Positions 21,301 to 31,731 of a stretch of 64,000 nucleotides of DNA are shown here, piece by piece. Origin of the DNA: Diplonema japonicum (lineage: Eukaryota > Protista > Euglenozoa: Diplonemea). The stretch is from contig OZ025689.1 in assembly GCA_964019335.1 (NCBI GenBank), forward strand, positions 493,026 to 557,025, read 5' to 3'. The number at the start of each line of letters is the position of its first letter. Position 1 is the stretch's first letter. Under the pieces are notes generated by a model. It ran no database searches and was not told where the DNA came from. It saw only the letters and a list, made by a program, of their open reading frames with translations. The translations under genes were made by a program, and so were the position numbers.

Positions 21301-22513
21301 CCGGGTCTTTCAACAGTGGGACTCTCCGCACAATAGCGGCTGCACTCTGCCGGATTTTCTCAAGTGTTAGGTACTTTTTAGAGACTGCCCCAAATGCTGT
21401 CATCGTAGACGGAGCCGCCGTCCTCCGCATGCTGGGGGTATTAATCACGCCTCTGCCAGAGTAGATCGAATTCTCCAGCTGCGCCGTTCCACTCAAAAGG
21501 TGTTTCTCGCAAGCAGAAGAAAGCTCTAAGAAAGCTGCATCCAGGTCCCCGTTGTCTTTCAGGGATCTCAAAGTAGGGAGAATGTCGCTGTACGGAGCGC
21601 GGTTCCGGGAGTCATGGAGAGGGATGATCTTCTTGGGTATACTGTACTGGAGTGAGGGCTCGTAGAATCTCGGCATATCGATTCTAATTACTAGTGCGCG
21701 GTGTGAGGGTACGCCAATGTCCAGAGTCTGGCAGTCGGTCAGCGCCATCGCAGCTGTCTTGTTCACCAAGATGTAGTCTGGCCTCGTCTTCGCTGTTGCA
21801 GTTACGAAGGTAGGAGGGGCTTGTGTTCCATGTAGGCGCGATATTTTGTTCGAAGCGTCTGTCCAATGTTGAGAGAGGGCGTGCGAGAGGACCGGGGAGT
21901 CCATTATCGTCGTGTTGAAGTCTCCTGTCACAATGACCGGAACGTCCCCCAGCTGAGCCGATCTCTGTAGGGTGTCGGATATTAGCGCCTCCCTATTTCT
22001 CTTGGCGTGTCTGGAGCCGTCGCTTACCTGGCAGTAGAGGGTGATAATGTGTAACCAGTCACGTTTCCCAATCGCGACTCTTACATGTACCCTTCGCGAG
22101 TTGGTGTTGTGGTCCTCGAAAAGGGAGGATTCCTTCTTAGCTGTCAGTTGCTTGTTCACCATAATTCCCACGCCTCCTCTTTGGGCGATTGAGGGGGATT
22201 CTGCACCTTTTGACACCTTCCCTTGTTGTGGGGGTCCCCAAAAGAGACGGTGTTCTTTTAGGAAAACGTCTTGCTTCGCTTCCTTGTCCATCATCCATTG
22301 CCCCGCTTGCGTAAGGGCGGTCTCTTGCAGGCAAATCACGTCAAACTCCTGTAGTTTGACCCTGTTCAGCTGATTTGGGAGGTTCGTCACGTTCACAGAG
22401 ATAATAGTGATTTCCTTCTTCCCCTTCTCGGGCCCCGGATTGGGGTGGACGTCACCGTGTGTCATGAGCCGTTTCCTCGCTTCTCGCGCAATGGACCGCT
22501 TCGACCTTTTCAT
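18341..22513 (-). CDS. LINE ORF2: 2A-like peptide, AP endonuclease, reverse transcriptase, CCHC zinc finger, C-terminal domain
   Basis: GDVHPNPGP; SVNV, CLQET, GDFN, RPDYI, SHR (APE); HRPITV, QFGFR, VDFKKCFDSV, GILQGCPISP, SYADD (RT); CLGC..QHTIWQC. First ATG at 22513. Confidence 0.95.
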   Translation of the reverse strand: MKRSKRSIAREARKRLMTHGDVHPNPGPEKGKKEITIISVNVTNLPNQLNRVKLQEFDVICLQETALTQAGQWMMDKEAKQDVFLKEHRLFWGPPQQGKVSKGAESPSIAQRGGVGIMVNKQLTAKKESSLFEDHNTNSRRVHVRVAIGKRDWLHIITLYCQVSDGSRHAKRNREALISDTLQRSAQLGDVPVIVTGDFNTTIMDSPVLSHALSQHWTDASNKISRLHGTQAPPTFVTATAKTRPDYILVNKTAAMALTDCQTLDIGVPSHRALVIRIDMPRFYEPSLQYSIPKKIIPLHDSRNRAPYSDILPTLRSLKDNGDLDAAFLELSSACEKHLLSGTAQLENSIYSGRGVINTPSMRRTAAPSTMTAFGAVSKKYLTLEKIRQSAAAIVRRVPLLKDPALPYDLRKSWDNIKAKAIKILRFHPETFSEGNIVKEADLIRENVTARQRNMDIASKILRNVKARRDLNSGFSVNRSAIMQFVTDKPNRELVAANTNGTLSTSVEEIDQAFRSAWRHIFRKYEDHPEPSFDSFEETFGSQITHHPMVDLAITLEDLRRVLSKKEKQECAGIDGWRLCELAHLPDALLEGFIFLYNWIEDEGRWPKAVLTALVTMIPKGESEEPLDHRPITVSSAFYRLWAGARLPAILEWQEEWITPLQFGFRPEHSTDDLLAKVCTSVELAKVSGNHLWGLSVDFKKCFDSVPHALTFELVDRLGLSQLILRPIKAIYSDLIRRLRFPVGVGAPFRTTNGILQGCPISPVFINAILAIFTKKCTANPRNAHPVSYADDLNFTSITSEAAVQRSVNLLGSLCKLTGMTVHPKKTRSFGTKPKYRGNVKLNGETFATTSSLQILGVQIYFQPSRRDNSRVHKALAEIERLASTRLYHDRKVRIIAENILPSAFYGILFDPIPDSWLEKLKKRITLCVWGARNPMRSSSALLGIAHKGHTLDPYSTAIYKAISTLGRLCTRHSNKSLFISCWEAYRRARDQGSPSFPMGPFANADLWLREIGSRWKDFQTKIRPQGKQLLKHEIRTLLKAKLREDLAEERDTYQGVETGIDEEKTNFLHNEVTTTNPQKARRILCAIAGAMLPLHPRAYGDMNGSHTKCLGCGTPYNIGNGTSSLLQHTIWQCPAHADCRTTNTDRIRLVQDHVSWPSCARLHGIITSDMDISLTSVKELHLMFAEIAGKLESLHTEKQVRYDNLHFWKRPFQPGNLLEPKPLIWYHKHGLGKKYFPGLIPFVLKWLSALKWGKDGGQVSKAELAVDFIATERIHMGGEDLACWARKIGRILNVLDRAHRTGTGNHLIPAETKKSVHSLRTLGLHSHSIIGYSTRPVFASPKATHPILEEQLRTHCILNNSLVGFTPKLLMRYYDGPKALPRQKGSNTR

Positions 22514-22720
22514 AATGAGGAAATGTGCCCGCGGGAGGTGGATTATTGCCAACGAGTAGATCAGATGATTGTTTTCGGTCGGGGAGCCGAACCAGTCGCA
22601 GGAGAGAGGGGCAAAGGGGCGTGGTGTGGCCGAAAAGGTTAGGAGGTCAATGATTGATAGACTAATAATGATGATGATGGGGAGGGATAGAATTTCCCCG
22701 AGATGCCTCAGACCCTCCTG

Positions 22721-24229
22721 TCAGATCTTTTGATTCTTGGGGCTCGGCGACGTCTGTGCGTGGGTCTCCGATTCACCCCTCTTCCGTGAGCTCTCGGCCC
22801 TGGCAGCCTCCGCCTGTGCTTTCTCCTGCGCCGCCCTTGAACTGGGGAATTCTGCCTCCGACAGCTTCACCCTATGCTGTTTCCCCCGGAAGCTCCTCTC
22901 GTTCTTGTTTGGTGCATCTTCCCGTGTCCAGTCCCTAATCGTCAGGGAATGAAGTTTTTCCCCCCTCGCAATAAGCCTGGCGGTGGGAGGGGTGGTGGCC
23001 CGAACGAGCCATCTCGAACCTTCTAGTCTGTCCAAGTGGCTAATGGACCATCCACATCCTGCGAGGTCGTTCATCAAGTCACACGGGTGTTCCCAGCTGA
23101 GGCACCCTTCCAGGATATATTTGTCCCCAGCCTTCCGCGCCGGGAGAAGTATGGGGTTGACCCTTGCCAGTACCTCGCTGCGGACTGCTCCTCTCGGTAG
23201 CATTAGGGCCAGTCCGATCGGCGTTACCGTGAGTGAGGTGCCTATTGATGCTGTGGGGACATCGGCCGCCTTGATCCCCTTCTTCAACTGGATGACCTCC
23301 AGTCTGTCTGCAGCGAACGCGTGTGTCCAGAATACACATTGGTCTCCCGATGCGACCAGCAGTCTAATCGCGTGCTCAGGGTCCACCCGTACCAGGGCAG
23401 AGGCGGTGTTGTTCTCGGTCGAGCGGTTGATCCTGAAGACGTTTTGCGGGGTTACCTTGAAGGGACCCTCCTTGTCTCGCGCCGCTAGAAGTGCCATTCT
23501 TTTAATGGCATTGCCGTCCGCTGTTCGCTTCCACTGTGCAGCTGAGCAATGGTCCTTTGCAATCACTGCCTTGAGGATAACGGTCCCTTTGCTGTCCTTG
23601 GGAGGGGCGTCCATGGCTTGCGGTAGTACTTCGTCCCCCAGGACCCAGGTTTTCATAATGCCCCTCGAGGTTGGGGAGTCGGACTCGGTTCCACCAGAGA
23701 ATGGTTGGGTGCTGATGATTTTGAAAGTCAGGCCGAGGGCCTTGAGGCGTGCGGAGAGTTGGACAGGGTCTGCGGGATTAAAATATATTCCTGTCGTGAG
23801 TTTGTCCGGGAGCGCGTTGTGTATCTGCATATCTCCCCAGTGCTGCTGGATCAGGGCTAAGGGGGGTTTGGCGGGGCCCGGTCTGCTCATCCAGTTGGTG
23901 GCGGCTCCAAGGTAGGACTTGGTGTTACCTCTTGAAGCCTTCCTTGGCGGGGTCCTCTTCTCGTTCGACTTGGCGGTGGGTTGCGGCTGCTGACTATTCT
24001 TGCCTTGCTGCTTGTGCGGTTGTCCTTTAGGCTGTTGGTATTGTTGCTGCTGAACCTGTTGCTGTTGTTGTTGGAATTGTTTCTGGGGCTGATGAACTTG
24101 TTGGAGCTGCTTGAGTGGCGGCTGTTGCGTGTACGATTGTTGGGGTTGTGGTGAGGAATTTTGGAATTGCTGTTGTTGAACTTGGGCCTGTAGCGGAGTG
24201 GGCTGCTGGGGTGAGGACTTCTGTGCCAT
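22721..24229 (-). CDS. LINE ORF1 (Gln-rich N-terminus)
   Basis: Open frame from MAQKSSPQQP immediately upstream of ORF2. Its C-terminal half resembles the ORF1 remnant at 48536-49666 (YILEG..GW..GSRWLV vs WVLEG..NW..GRWLV). Confidence 0.75.
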   Translation of the reverse strand: MAQKSSPQQPTPLQAQVQQQQFQNSSPQPQQSYTQQPPLKQLQQVHQPQKQFQQQQQQVQQQQYQQPKGQPHKQQGKNSQQPQPTAKSNEKRTPPRKASRGNTKSYLGAATNWMSRPGPAKPPLALIQQHWGDMQIHNALPDKLTTGIYFNPADPVQLSARLKALGLTFKIISTQPFSGGTESDSPTSRGIMKTWVLGDEVLPQAMDAPPKDSKGTVILKAVIAKDHCSAAQWKRTADGNAIKRMALLAARDKEGPFKVTPQNVFRINRSTENNTASALVRVDPEHAIRLLVASGDQCVFWTHAFAADRLEVIQLKKGIKAADVPTASIGTSLTVTPIGLALMLPRGAVRSEVLARVNPILLPARKAGDKYILEGCLSWEHPCDLMNDLAGCGWSISHLDRLEGSRWLVRATTPPTARLIARGEKLHSLTIRDWTREDAPNKNERSFRGKQHRVKLSEAEFPSSRAAQEKAQAEAARAESSRKRGESETHAQTSPSPKNQKI

Positions 24230-24351
24230 CTCGACCAGCTGCAGGATGCAGCCTAGGGTGGTCAGGACGAGGAAAAAAAAAAAAAAAAAAAAGAAGAACA
24301 AACTCTTTTGATAAAGAAAAAAAAAAAAAAAAAAAAAAAAAAAACAATCCC

Positions 24352-25241
24352 TTAGTCCCTGAGACCCATCTCGTTCACTAATTTCTGCGCTTTTTGCATG
24401 ACGATCATGGCAGCTCCGTTGCGGCTGAAGATGCTCATCGATCCAGGGAGGATCCCTCGATACAAACCACGGATGCCCCCCGCGTGCCGGATACGGTCCA
24501 TAAGAGTGGGTTTTGCAATACCCTCTGTAAGTTTCTTTCCCCCCCCCCCCCCCCAATTTTGTACGTACCAACTTTAGTCCCTGCCTGGACTTGGTTCTTA
24601 AGGGTTTCCAATGGCCACACACACCAAAACCCAAACATGGCTGACCCGCCGGAGGCTACAAATTGTCCCCAGAAAGTGTCAAACATGTTTGTGTGCCGCC
24701 TTATGCTGTCCACGTTCAGGAAGTAGATCGTCATCATAGGGCAGGTTCTGCCCCATTGTAGATAGAACCCATCATACACATTGCGTAGATACCAGGTTTG
24801 CCCTGTTTGCCTTCTTACCTTGGCGTACTCAATGGGCGACTCTAGAACTGATCTAGAGGACGCGCCCATGAAGGCGGCGGCGAGGGTCCGGAGTTGTATC
24901 CCTCCTGTGAGCGGGATTTCCTTTTTGTACTGGTCCTTGTCCAGTTTTGTGTACACCGACTCGAAGACTGAAAACTGCATTGATCTATAGGCAACGCTGC
25001 CCCACATTGGAGGGACCACGCCTCTGTAGAAACCCCGGAACCCCTCGTTCCGGAAAATGAGTTTGATGGTGTCAGTCATGCCGCCGTTGGTGCTGTATCT
25101 GACATCTTTCGCCTGCATCTTCGACTTGACCGTGTCCAACGGGTGGCCTGTCAAAGTGTTTGTTGCGCCATAAAGCGTCCCTGTAGCTAGTGAAATCGCG
25201 CCCTCCTTGTACCACTCGCCTCGTTTATGGTTATGGGTCAT
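24352..25241 (-). CDS. Mitochondrial carrier (SLC25) family protein; intron 24525-24568
   Basis: Three Px[DE]xxK motifs (HPLDTVK, SPIEYAK, WPLETLK) and GFYRG. Removing the 44-nt GTACGT..TTACAG intron restores GGIRGLYRGILPG and a TAA at 24352 (846 nt total). Confidence 0.9.
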
Positions 25242-25618
25242 TTTCTTTTTCTTTTTTTTCCCCCCCTCCTCCCCTCTTTTTTTTTTAAAAAAAAAAAACA
25301 GAACTCTGAAAAAAAAAAACGAGGGAAAAAAAAAATGAGGAAGGAACGGAGTGGGAAAAAAAAAATACATAAACAGAAGGAAAAAAAAAGTAATGGGGGC
25401 GAGGAGGAGGGGGGTTTTGGAATACAAGATTCTCTCTCTTTTTTTTTTTTTGAGCCTCCCCGCCTCTCCGTGTTATTTTTAAGGTGTACAAGAAAGAGAG
25501 ACAACAGGAAGAGAGAGGGGGAAAGGGAAGAAAAAAGGTACAAAAAGAAGGGGGGGTGTTCAACAAGGGTTTTTTTTTTCTTTTTAACAAACAAATCTAA
25601 AGATCGGGAAGGAAACGG

Positions 25619-27625
25619 TCAGAGATCAACGCGCCCACTTGGGTCAACTATCTCAGGGACGGTGTTGATGGGCTCCTTAAGGAGGGGGTGGACCCACTGG
25701 GGTTGGTTGACAAGACTTTTCGTACGAATTTCAGCATTGTAGCGAAGATGCAATTTGAGCATATCCTGAAGCTCCTGGTTGACGTTCTTCTTCTCCTTCA
25801 GCTTTGCTCGCAAGGCATCAATCTCTCTCTGCATCTCATCAATGGAATTGGTCCTGGCCTGCATGATCTTCCCTTCCGTCTGCAGCGCGAGCTCCTGCCT
25901 CTCACGCCCTGCCCGCTCCCTTATCTCATCGATCATCCTATCCTGCATCTCGATCTTCCTGTCATTGTTCTTTTTCCCTATTAACAGACGGCAAAGGTAT
26001 AAAGCCATACCTCCTGAGGTTTGTGATCTCTTCCTCGTACTCGCTCTTCGCCTTTGGCAGCGGCACCCCAGCACCCTCAAAAGAGGCACGCAGCTGGTGA
26101 ATCTCGTGCTCCAAGCTCAGAGTCCTCGTCCTCTCAGCGCCCAGTTCTTTTTCATATTGTGCAAGCTGTTCGGTCACCTGCATCAGCCCATCCCTTCCTT
26201 CTCCTGTTGCGAGCCTTGCGCGCAGGTTGTCAGCTTCGTGTGTCTGCATAGTTCGTCGCGTGTTTCTACTAATCATACCTTCTCAGCAAGCTTCTCTGTG
26301 AGCAAGTTTGTCAAGTTCTTCTGCGCGATGAAGTCCACCATGATCCTGTGTGCCTGCTCCCTCGCCTCCAGCTCTTCTGGGCTCTCCGACACCAATGTCG
26401 AGCCTACGCTGGCGAACTGCTGCAGGTCGCCACCAGCGGGCACCAACATACCCGGCCCTGCAGCGGCCTCTTCCGGTTGGCAAACAGGAACAACAGGAGC
26501 CGGGGGTGGTGGGGGTGATGTCTGAAAATTCCTATGATGAGGCGGTGGTGCAAGCGGAGACGAGAGAGGGGCACCGTAAACAGGGACGGGGGCAGAGATG
26601 GGGACAGGGGTCGGCATCGGCACAGGCATAGGCACAGGCATAGGCATCGGCATAGGCACGGGTGCAGGCACAGGAGCGGGGGCCACAGGAGGGAATGCGA
26701 GGGGCGCGGGGACAGGAGGAGCGGCAGGATGGAAAAAAGGTACTTTGCGGCTCTTCTCCCATTCAAGGGCCATGACCAGGTGAGGGTTCTCAGGGGAGAA
26801 CGGATCGGCAGGGGATTTCGGAACAGGCTTGATGACAGTGTCGACAGGTGTCGGGAGGGGTGCGGGCTTCACAGGGGTGCGGTACTGCCTAGAGGGCGAC
26901 ACGCTGCGCTCAGGGTTCGAGGTGTCAATGTGACCAACAGCAGCACCTGCCTGACCGGCTTGGCGAAGCTGTTGTGTCATGAGCTGCTGTTGGAGTTGAG
27001 AGAGCAATGAGAGCTGTTGTTGTTGCTGCTGGAGCTGGACCTGGACCTCGCTGGAGCGAACAGTCGTTGGCACCGGGGTAGGAACTGGACCGGGCAGACC
27101 TTGCTGCATGGGCGTGCTGCCTACCTTAGTTCTGTCTGAAACAGCGTTCTGTACCGCGTGCAGAAGTTGGGTAACGTCGGCCTGGCCATCTCGAATGGCC
27201 TGCTGCACACCCGCAGTGTCGGGGAGGGAGTCGTCAAAGGGGAGGGGCGTGGTGGCGATGGAGGCGTGGTTCACAACCCCCTGGTCCCTAGGCGGCTCGG
27301 GCTGCGAATTTTTCAGCTCGTTGAGCAGCACCTTTGCTTGCATCCCCGAGTCTCCTGTCAGAGAGCTGACGTCTATCTTATTCTGCACAATTTGTCTGGC
27401 CAGCCTCCGCGCGTCCTCCATGGACCTTACTTCATTAAGCGAGATCGGTTCGGAGTCTGTCTGCTGAGGCGTCGGTGTAACTTGCTTCGGCTGCTGTGTT
27501 TGTGCAAGGTAGCTCGACCCTGTGTGCATTCTACTCGGGTTCTCCTGTGCACGATATGCCGCCGACTGCAGTATTTGGTCCGCCAACGCGGCCTGCTGTT
27601 TAGTGTAGGAGTTGCCGCTCTGCAT
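25619..27625 (-). CDS. Hypothetical Pro/Gln-rich protein with C-terminal coiled coil; introns 26244-26278 and 25959-26010
   Basis: Three successive ORFs join in frame (1920 nt) through GTATGA..TGCAG (35 nt) and GTATGG..GACAG (52 nt) introns. Confidence 0.7.
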
Positions 27626-27690
27626 AGCTTGTTCTGTGCGTGATTTAAAGGTAAGGAGGGGAGGGGAAAAAAAAAAAGAAAATACAAAAG

Positions 27691-28026
27691 CTAGACTCTA
27701 TTAAGTATGGTAGTACTGCTCTCCTCGTCGAGGGGCGTCTTCGTGAGGGTGAGGGTCTCGTCTGCGCTGAGGGTGAATTCGTGTTCGAGGAAATTCTCCC
27801 CATCCGCACGCAGCACACGCACCTCCGATAGGAGTATCTCTCCCATTGTGGCGCTTTGTCCCTGTGAATCAAGTAGTTTTGTCCTTCGTGGGGCATCCTC
27901 TTCTCCCGTGCACCACGTCACACCCCGCACCAGCAACCCACCAGGCAGCACCCATCCTCCCTCCGCAGGGGGTTCTGTCAGTTCATATTCCACGCCTGTT
28001 GCGTCTTTCCATTTACCGAAGAACAT
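27691..28026 (-). CDS. Small hypothetical protein (possible calycin/lipocalin-like beta barrel)
   Basis: Homopolymer-free ORF in cluster orientation; N-terminal GKW motif and strand-like pattern. Confidence 0.45.
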   Translation of the reverse strand: MFFGKWKDATGVEYELTEPPAEGGWVLPGGLLVRGVTWCTGEEDAPRRTKLLDSQGQSATMGEILLSEVRVLRADGENFLEHEFTLSADETLTLTKTPLDEESSTTILNRV

Positions 28027-28139
28027 ATTATTATCTATTTTTTTTTAAAGTTCCTCCCAACCCCCCTTTTTTTTTTGCTGGAACAAGTAAACAAATTTTT
28101 GAAAAGAATTGTTATTGCAAAAAAGAGTAGAGGCAGCTT

Positions 28140-28590
28140 GTCCGTTTATCCCTACTGTAGGTGAAAACGGCTTGCACAAACAAAAACGGCTTGCGCAGAC
28201 ATCGACCCGTCGGAGTTGTCGGTTATGCTATACCCGGAGGGGGTCCCCACGGCGCCGGCGGACCCGGACTGTGCTGCCGGGTGCGACCGGGAGCACAAAA
28301 CGGGTTTCCATTGCCCAAGATGTGGTTGCCTGGGCAACGAAGCCTGTCTCAAGCAGGTCCACAAGAAAGATGGAACACTCTGCCCCCGGTGTCTATGGGC
28401 GGTCCAGAAGGAGAGAACAAAAAACCTACCTCCCGTGAACCCGCACAAAGGGAGGGCAAAAACGGCGCAGAACCCGACATCATCGCTTATGAACGATATG
28501 CAGAAAAATGGTAGCCGCTGAGCCGGCACCCCAGGGAACACCAGGACATCCACGACACAGACCGAGACGAGCCCCGCAGGAGAGTTGGGG
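28140..28590 (+). pseudogene. Probable retroelement-derived fragment with C2H2-like and PHD-like Cys motifs
   Basis: Antisense to the gene cluster. CTNKNGLRRH, then in another frame CAAGC..CPRCGCLGNEAC..CPRC. Confidence 0.35.
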
Positions 28591-28710
28591 CTTAGTTTCG
28601 CTTCGCGAGAAGAAAAAAAGAAAAAAAAAAGAGGAAAAAAAAAAAAAAAAACAGCAGCCTTTTTTTTTTTTTTTTTTAAATTTCATTTTTCATTTTCATT
28701 TTTCTTTTGT

Positions 28711-30378
28711 TTAAATCAAACTCTGCCATTGTCTTTCGATGCTCTTCATCTTCCCTTCCAACGCGTTGATGTGCGCCACACTCACGGTGTCCTCCCTCAA
28801 CCTGAAGATCTCTCGGAACACAGCCGCGTGTTCCATAAGATGCGTGGGGTGCCCCGCGAGCAGCTGCATCTTATACAAATCGACCGCCTTATCAATGTCA
28901 CCGAGAACCCCGTAACACAGAAGCATAGGGGAGAGAAGTTTGGAGGCAATCCAAGGGCTCCGTCGATAAAGAACATCGTGCATATCTTCCAGCGTGAGAA
29001 TGAGAAGGTTCAGACGGGATTCCGTGAGGTTGCGCCGCAACGAGGAAACACGCTTTGCGATACAAAACGCAAGGTGGGAAAGAATCGTGACTTGCGTATC
29101 TAACCGTTTGCTGTTGGGGGTGTCGACGGTTGATCGAAGCAGTCTCCACAGTCGCACGCACCCATAACCGAAGTTTCGATAAGACGTGTCGAGTATTGCG
29201 TATAAAACACCTTCAGCTAACCCTCGTTTCTCATACAGAATGTGTTTTGAAAATATTTCATGCATCGAACCTGCACGATGTCCCATCAAAGCGGTTTTGT
29301 AGTGAACCGCAGCCGAGAGCAATCGGACCGAAATAGACTCCCATATCTTCGTGCTTCCTATGATGATTCCACGATCATCGAACGCTTTCAACGCGGCTGG
29401 GTAGTCGCCACGTGAAGCGTGTGCGCCGATTCTTATCTCAACATCGCGGAGCGATGACCCTCTGATCTCTGAGGGTACCGGCTGCCGTTGGATTTCGTAA
29501 AAACGGCTTTCCAAGCTTCTTGTCACGGAGTCGGTGACGTCCTTGTCACTCAAAGCCTGCAAGAATCTTCCAAGCCACAACACATCACCGGTAGTGATGA
29601 GGCATTGCAGGATCACGCTAAAGTGGATGATGCTTGGTCTGGTGTTGAATTCTGTCGTCATCGTTTCTACGACATAGGACGCGGAGCTGATGTCTCCGTG
29701 GAGGCAACAGCTGTCTATCAATGCACCCCAGTCTGCGATGTTTATCCCCATCCCCTTGTCGACCATCTCTGTGAACAGCTTCCCGCCTTGTTCGAAGGAG
29801 ATACATGCGGATAGTAGTCTGTTGTAAACAGAAGGGTGGCCTTTGTGGATTTGCCAAGATAGGACAGCGACTCTGAACATGTTCAGACGATCCCCTGCTC
29901 GATGTAGCGCCATGATGGCGAACACGATGAACCTCCCAGCAACCTCCAAGCTGTTCCCGTGAATCTGCCAGGTTTTTTTTAAAATGTAGACGATTCCTTT
30001 GATGTCGCCCATCGCCGCGTAGCTTTGCATTACTTTCAAGTACATGGACAGTGTCGGTGCGACGTGGTCCTCCAAGGCCATGTCGAGCATTAACTGGGTT
30101 CTCGCGGTCATCCCCATCCTGCTGAAGAACGCTAGTGCTTCCGTGTACGCCATTACCCCTGCAGCGCCCTTTTTTCGTATCCCCGCGAAATCCTTGTAAA
30201 AGTTCAGCCTCAGCGTGCGCGATCTGTGGTAGTCCGTGAACTTGTACCGCGACTTGCTCACCTGGTCTAAGTACTTCGTCTTTATATATTTAGCGGCAGT
30301 GTGATCAGAGTCTGGAAAGGACAGCCCGCAGGCTGAGTACCGACGGATCCCAACGTTTTTGCCATTTTTAATCAGCAT
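28711..30378 (-). CDS. Pentatricopeptide repeat (PPR) protein, probably mitochondrial
   Basis: PPR-like units VYNRLLSAC..LFTEMVDKGMGIN, DWGALIDSCCLHGDISSA..TRPS, CYGVLGDIDKAVDLYKM. Basic N-terminus from MLIKNGKN. Confidence 0.75.
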   Translation of the reverse strand: MLIKNGKNVGIRRYSACGLSFPDSDHTAAKYIKTKYLDQVSKSRYKFTDYHRSRTLRLNFYKDFAGIRKKGAAGVMAYTEALAFFSRMGMTARTQLMLDMALEDHVAPTLSMYLKVMQSYAAMGDIKGIVYILKKTWQIHGNSLEVAGRFIVFAIMALHRAGDRLNMFRVAVLSWQIHKGHPSVYNRLLSACISFEQGGKLFTEMVDKGMGINIADWGALIDSCCLHGDISSASYVVETMTTEFNTRPSIIHFSVILQCLITTGDVLWLGRFLQALSDKDVTDSVTRSLESRFYEIQRQPVPSEIRGSSLRDVEIRIGAHASRGDYPAALKAFDDRGIIIGSTKIWESISVRLLSAAVHYKTALMGHRAGSMHEIFSKHILYEKRGLAEGVLYAILDTSYRNFGYGCVRLWRLLRSTVDTPNSKRLDTQVTILSHLAFCIAKRVSSLRRNLTESRLNLLILTLEDMHDVLYRRSPWIASKLLSPMLLCYGVLGDIDKAVDLYKMQLLAGHPTHLMEHAAVFREIFRLREDTVSVAHINALEGKMKSIERQWQSLI

Positions 30379-30455
30379 AGTTGCATTGTCCCTATTGTGT
30401 TTTTTTTTTTTATTTTTCTTTTTTTTTTTTGAAGAGGAGCAAGAAAATAAATACT

Positions 30456-31595
30456 TCAACTGTTCTCAATACACCATTTTGGGACTTCAAGGGGCTCGAC
30501 CCCAAGCGTCAAAGCGCATGCTGCCAATACATGGCATTCAAAAGGATGTCGTCCGGGTGGGGACAGCGTGAAGCATTCAACACCGAGCCGTGCCCAGCAC
30601 AGCTGCCGGCATTCATGTTGTGAAGCGGGGAGCTGTCCATCGGGGGTTATGGTGATGGTTGGTGTCGGCCGCCATTGGATAGGAGGTGCGTCTGTCCCGA
30701 GCATCATCCTCTCTGTGGCGGAGAAATCGGAAAAAAGTGAATCGATCTTTTTAGCAGAAGCGAGGTCGTGGGAGAGCAACGCGGCACGATGGCACCGTCC
30801 CAACCAGTAGCCCATTCCATACGAATGGAACAGTTCCTCGCCAACCTCAATGTCGCGCAAGGCAACGGCAACAACAGCCTCGTCGATGACGGCCATGGCA
30901 ACGTTTCGCTTCCCGTTCGAACGGTGGATGTAACCTTCCACATCAAGGCTGTCATCGATGCTCTCTCCATCGTTTATTAAATGCGCGACGCCGTAAGCAA
31001 GGTCTTCCGAATTTGGATCGCCTTCTATCATCCCTTTAGACGTCATTTGACTGTATGATTCACTACCGATGGAGTCAGTGGGTCGCCAGACCCCGGAAAA
31101 CTGGGTGACGATGTCGCCTTTGGTGACCGGTGTTGAGGTGAAGATGCCGCGCCCTGAGTTCGGTATGCTTGAGGGTTTTACGGATAGTTGTGTTTTGTTG
31201 TATTCGGGTATAGTGCGGCATCGTGTGTGGTGCCGCATTGCCTGTTCGTTGCTTAAAAGCTGTGTTTTGTCCTCCCATCTGAAGGATGCGTGAATGTTCA
31301 ACGGCAGTTTGAGGAATTGTGCGGATTGATCCCCGCACGCCGCGTGTCTTCCGTCCACCCGTTCGTACAGGCATTCTAGGTTTTTTTCTGATACTGCCAG
31401 AGTCCTTCCCCCCGGGATTGATACGCCATATCTTCCTTTGTTGCCGTCCCACGAAGTGACCCTCCCCCGCTCCCCGTTCAGATCTGCTTTGTTTAGATTT
31501 TTCAGCTCAACAGCATCGCCCTGCTTTATGTGCAGGGGGCCCATTGTTTTTGTTGCAGCGAGGGGTTCCCATGTTAGATCGTCCGATGATGCCAT
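30456..31595 (-). CDS. SET-domain protein (lysine methyltransferase-like) with N-terminal SH3/KOW-like module
   Basis: SSIPNSGRGIFTSTPVTKGD, AHLINDG, ALRDIEVGEELFHSYGMGYW; N-terminal GDAVELKNL..LNGERGRV..RYGV. Confidence 0.85.
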   Translation of the reverse strand: MASSDDLTWEPLAATKTMGPLHIKQGDAVELKNLNKADLNGERGRVTSWDGNKGRYGVSIPGGRTLAVSEKNLECLYERVDGRHAACGDQSAQFLKLPLNIHASFRWEDKTQLLSNEQAMRHHTRCRTIPEYNKTQLSVKPSSIPNSGRGIFTSTPVTKGDIVTQFSGVWRPTDSIGSESYSQMTSKGMIEGDPNSEDLAYGVAHLINDGESIDDSLDVEGYIHRSNGKRNVAMAVIDEAVVAVALRDIEVGEELFHSYGMGYWLGRCHRAALLSHDLASAKKIDSLFSDFSATERMMLGTDAPPIQWRPTPTITITPDGQLPASQHECRQLCWARLGVECFTLSPPGRHPFECHVLAACALTLGVEPLEVPKWCIENS

Positions 31596-31731
31596 CCCCC
31601 CTCCCTGGTTTTTTTTTTTTTTTCCGCTTTATAACAGGGTGGAATAATAACTATAAAAAAAAAAAAGTGTGAGTGTACACACTTACTTATTATCCCCCCC
31701 CATCCTTCCCCCGTTCTATTTTTTTTTCTCT

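Larger units (their letters stand above)
18286..24272 (-). mobile_element. Apparently full-length two-ORF non-LTR retrotransposon (LINE, APE-type)
   Basis: ORF1 plus uninterrupted ORF2 (APE, RT, Zn finger). Both ends abut A-runs on the + strand. The 3' terminus recurs elsewhere in the window. Confidence 0.92.

Noticed and set aside
24230-24634. N-terminal extension of the 637-aa ORF
   Set aside because: Runs through the mitochondrial carrier 3' end and poly-T; ORF1 more plausibly starts at 24229.
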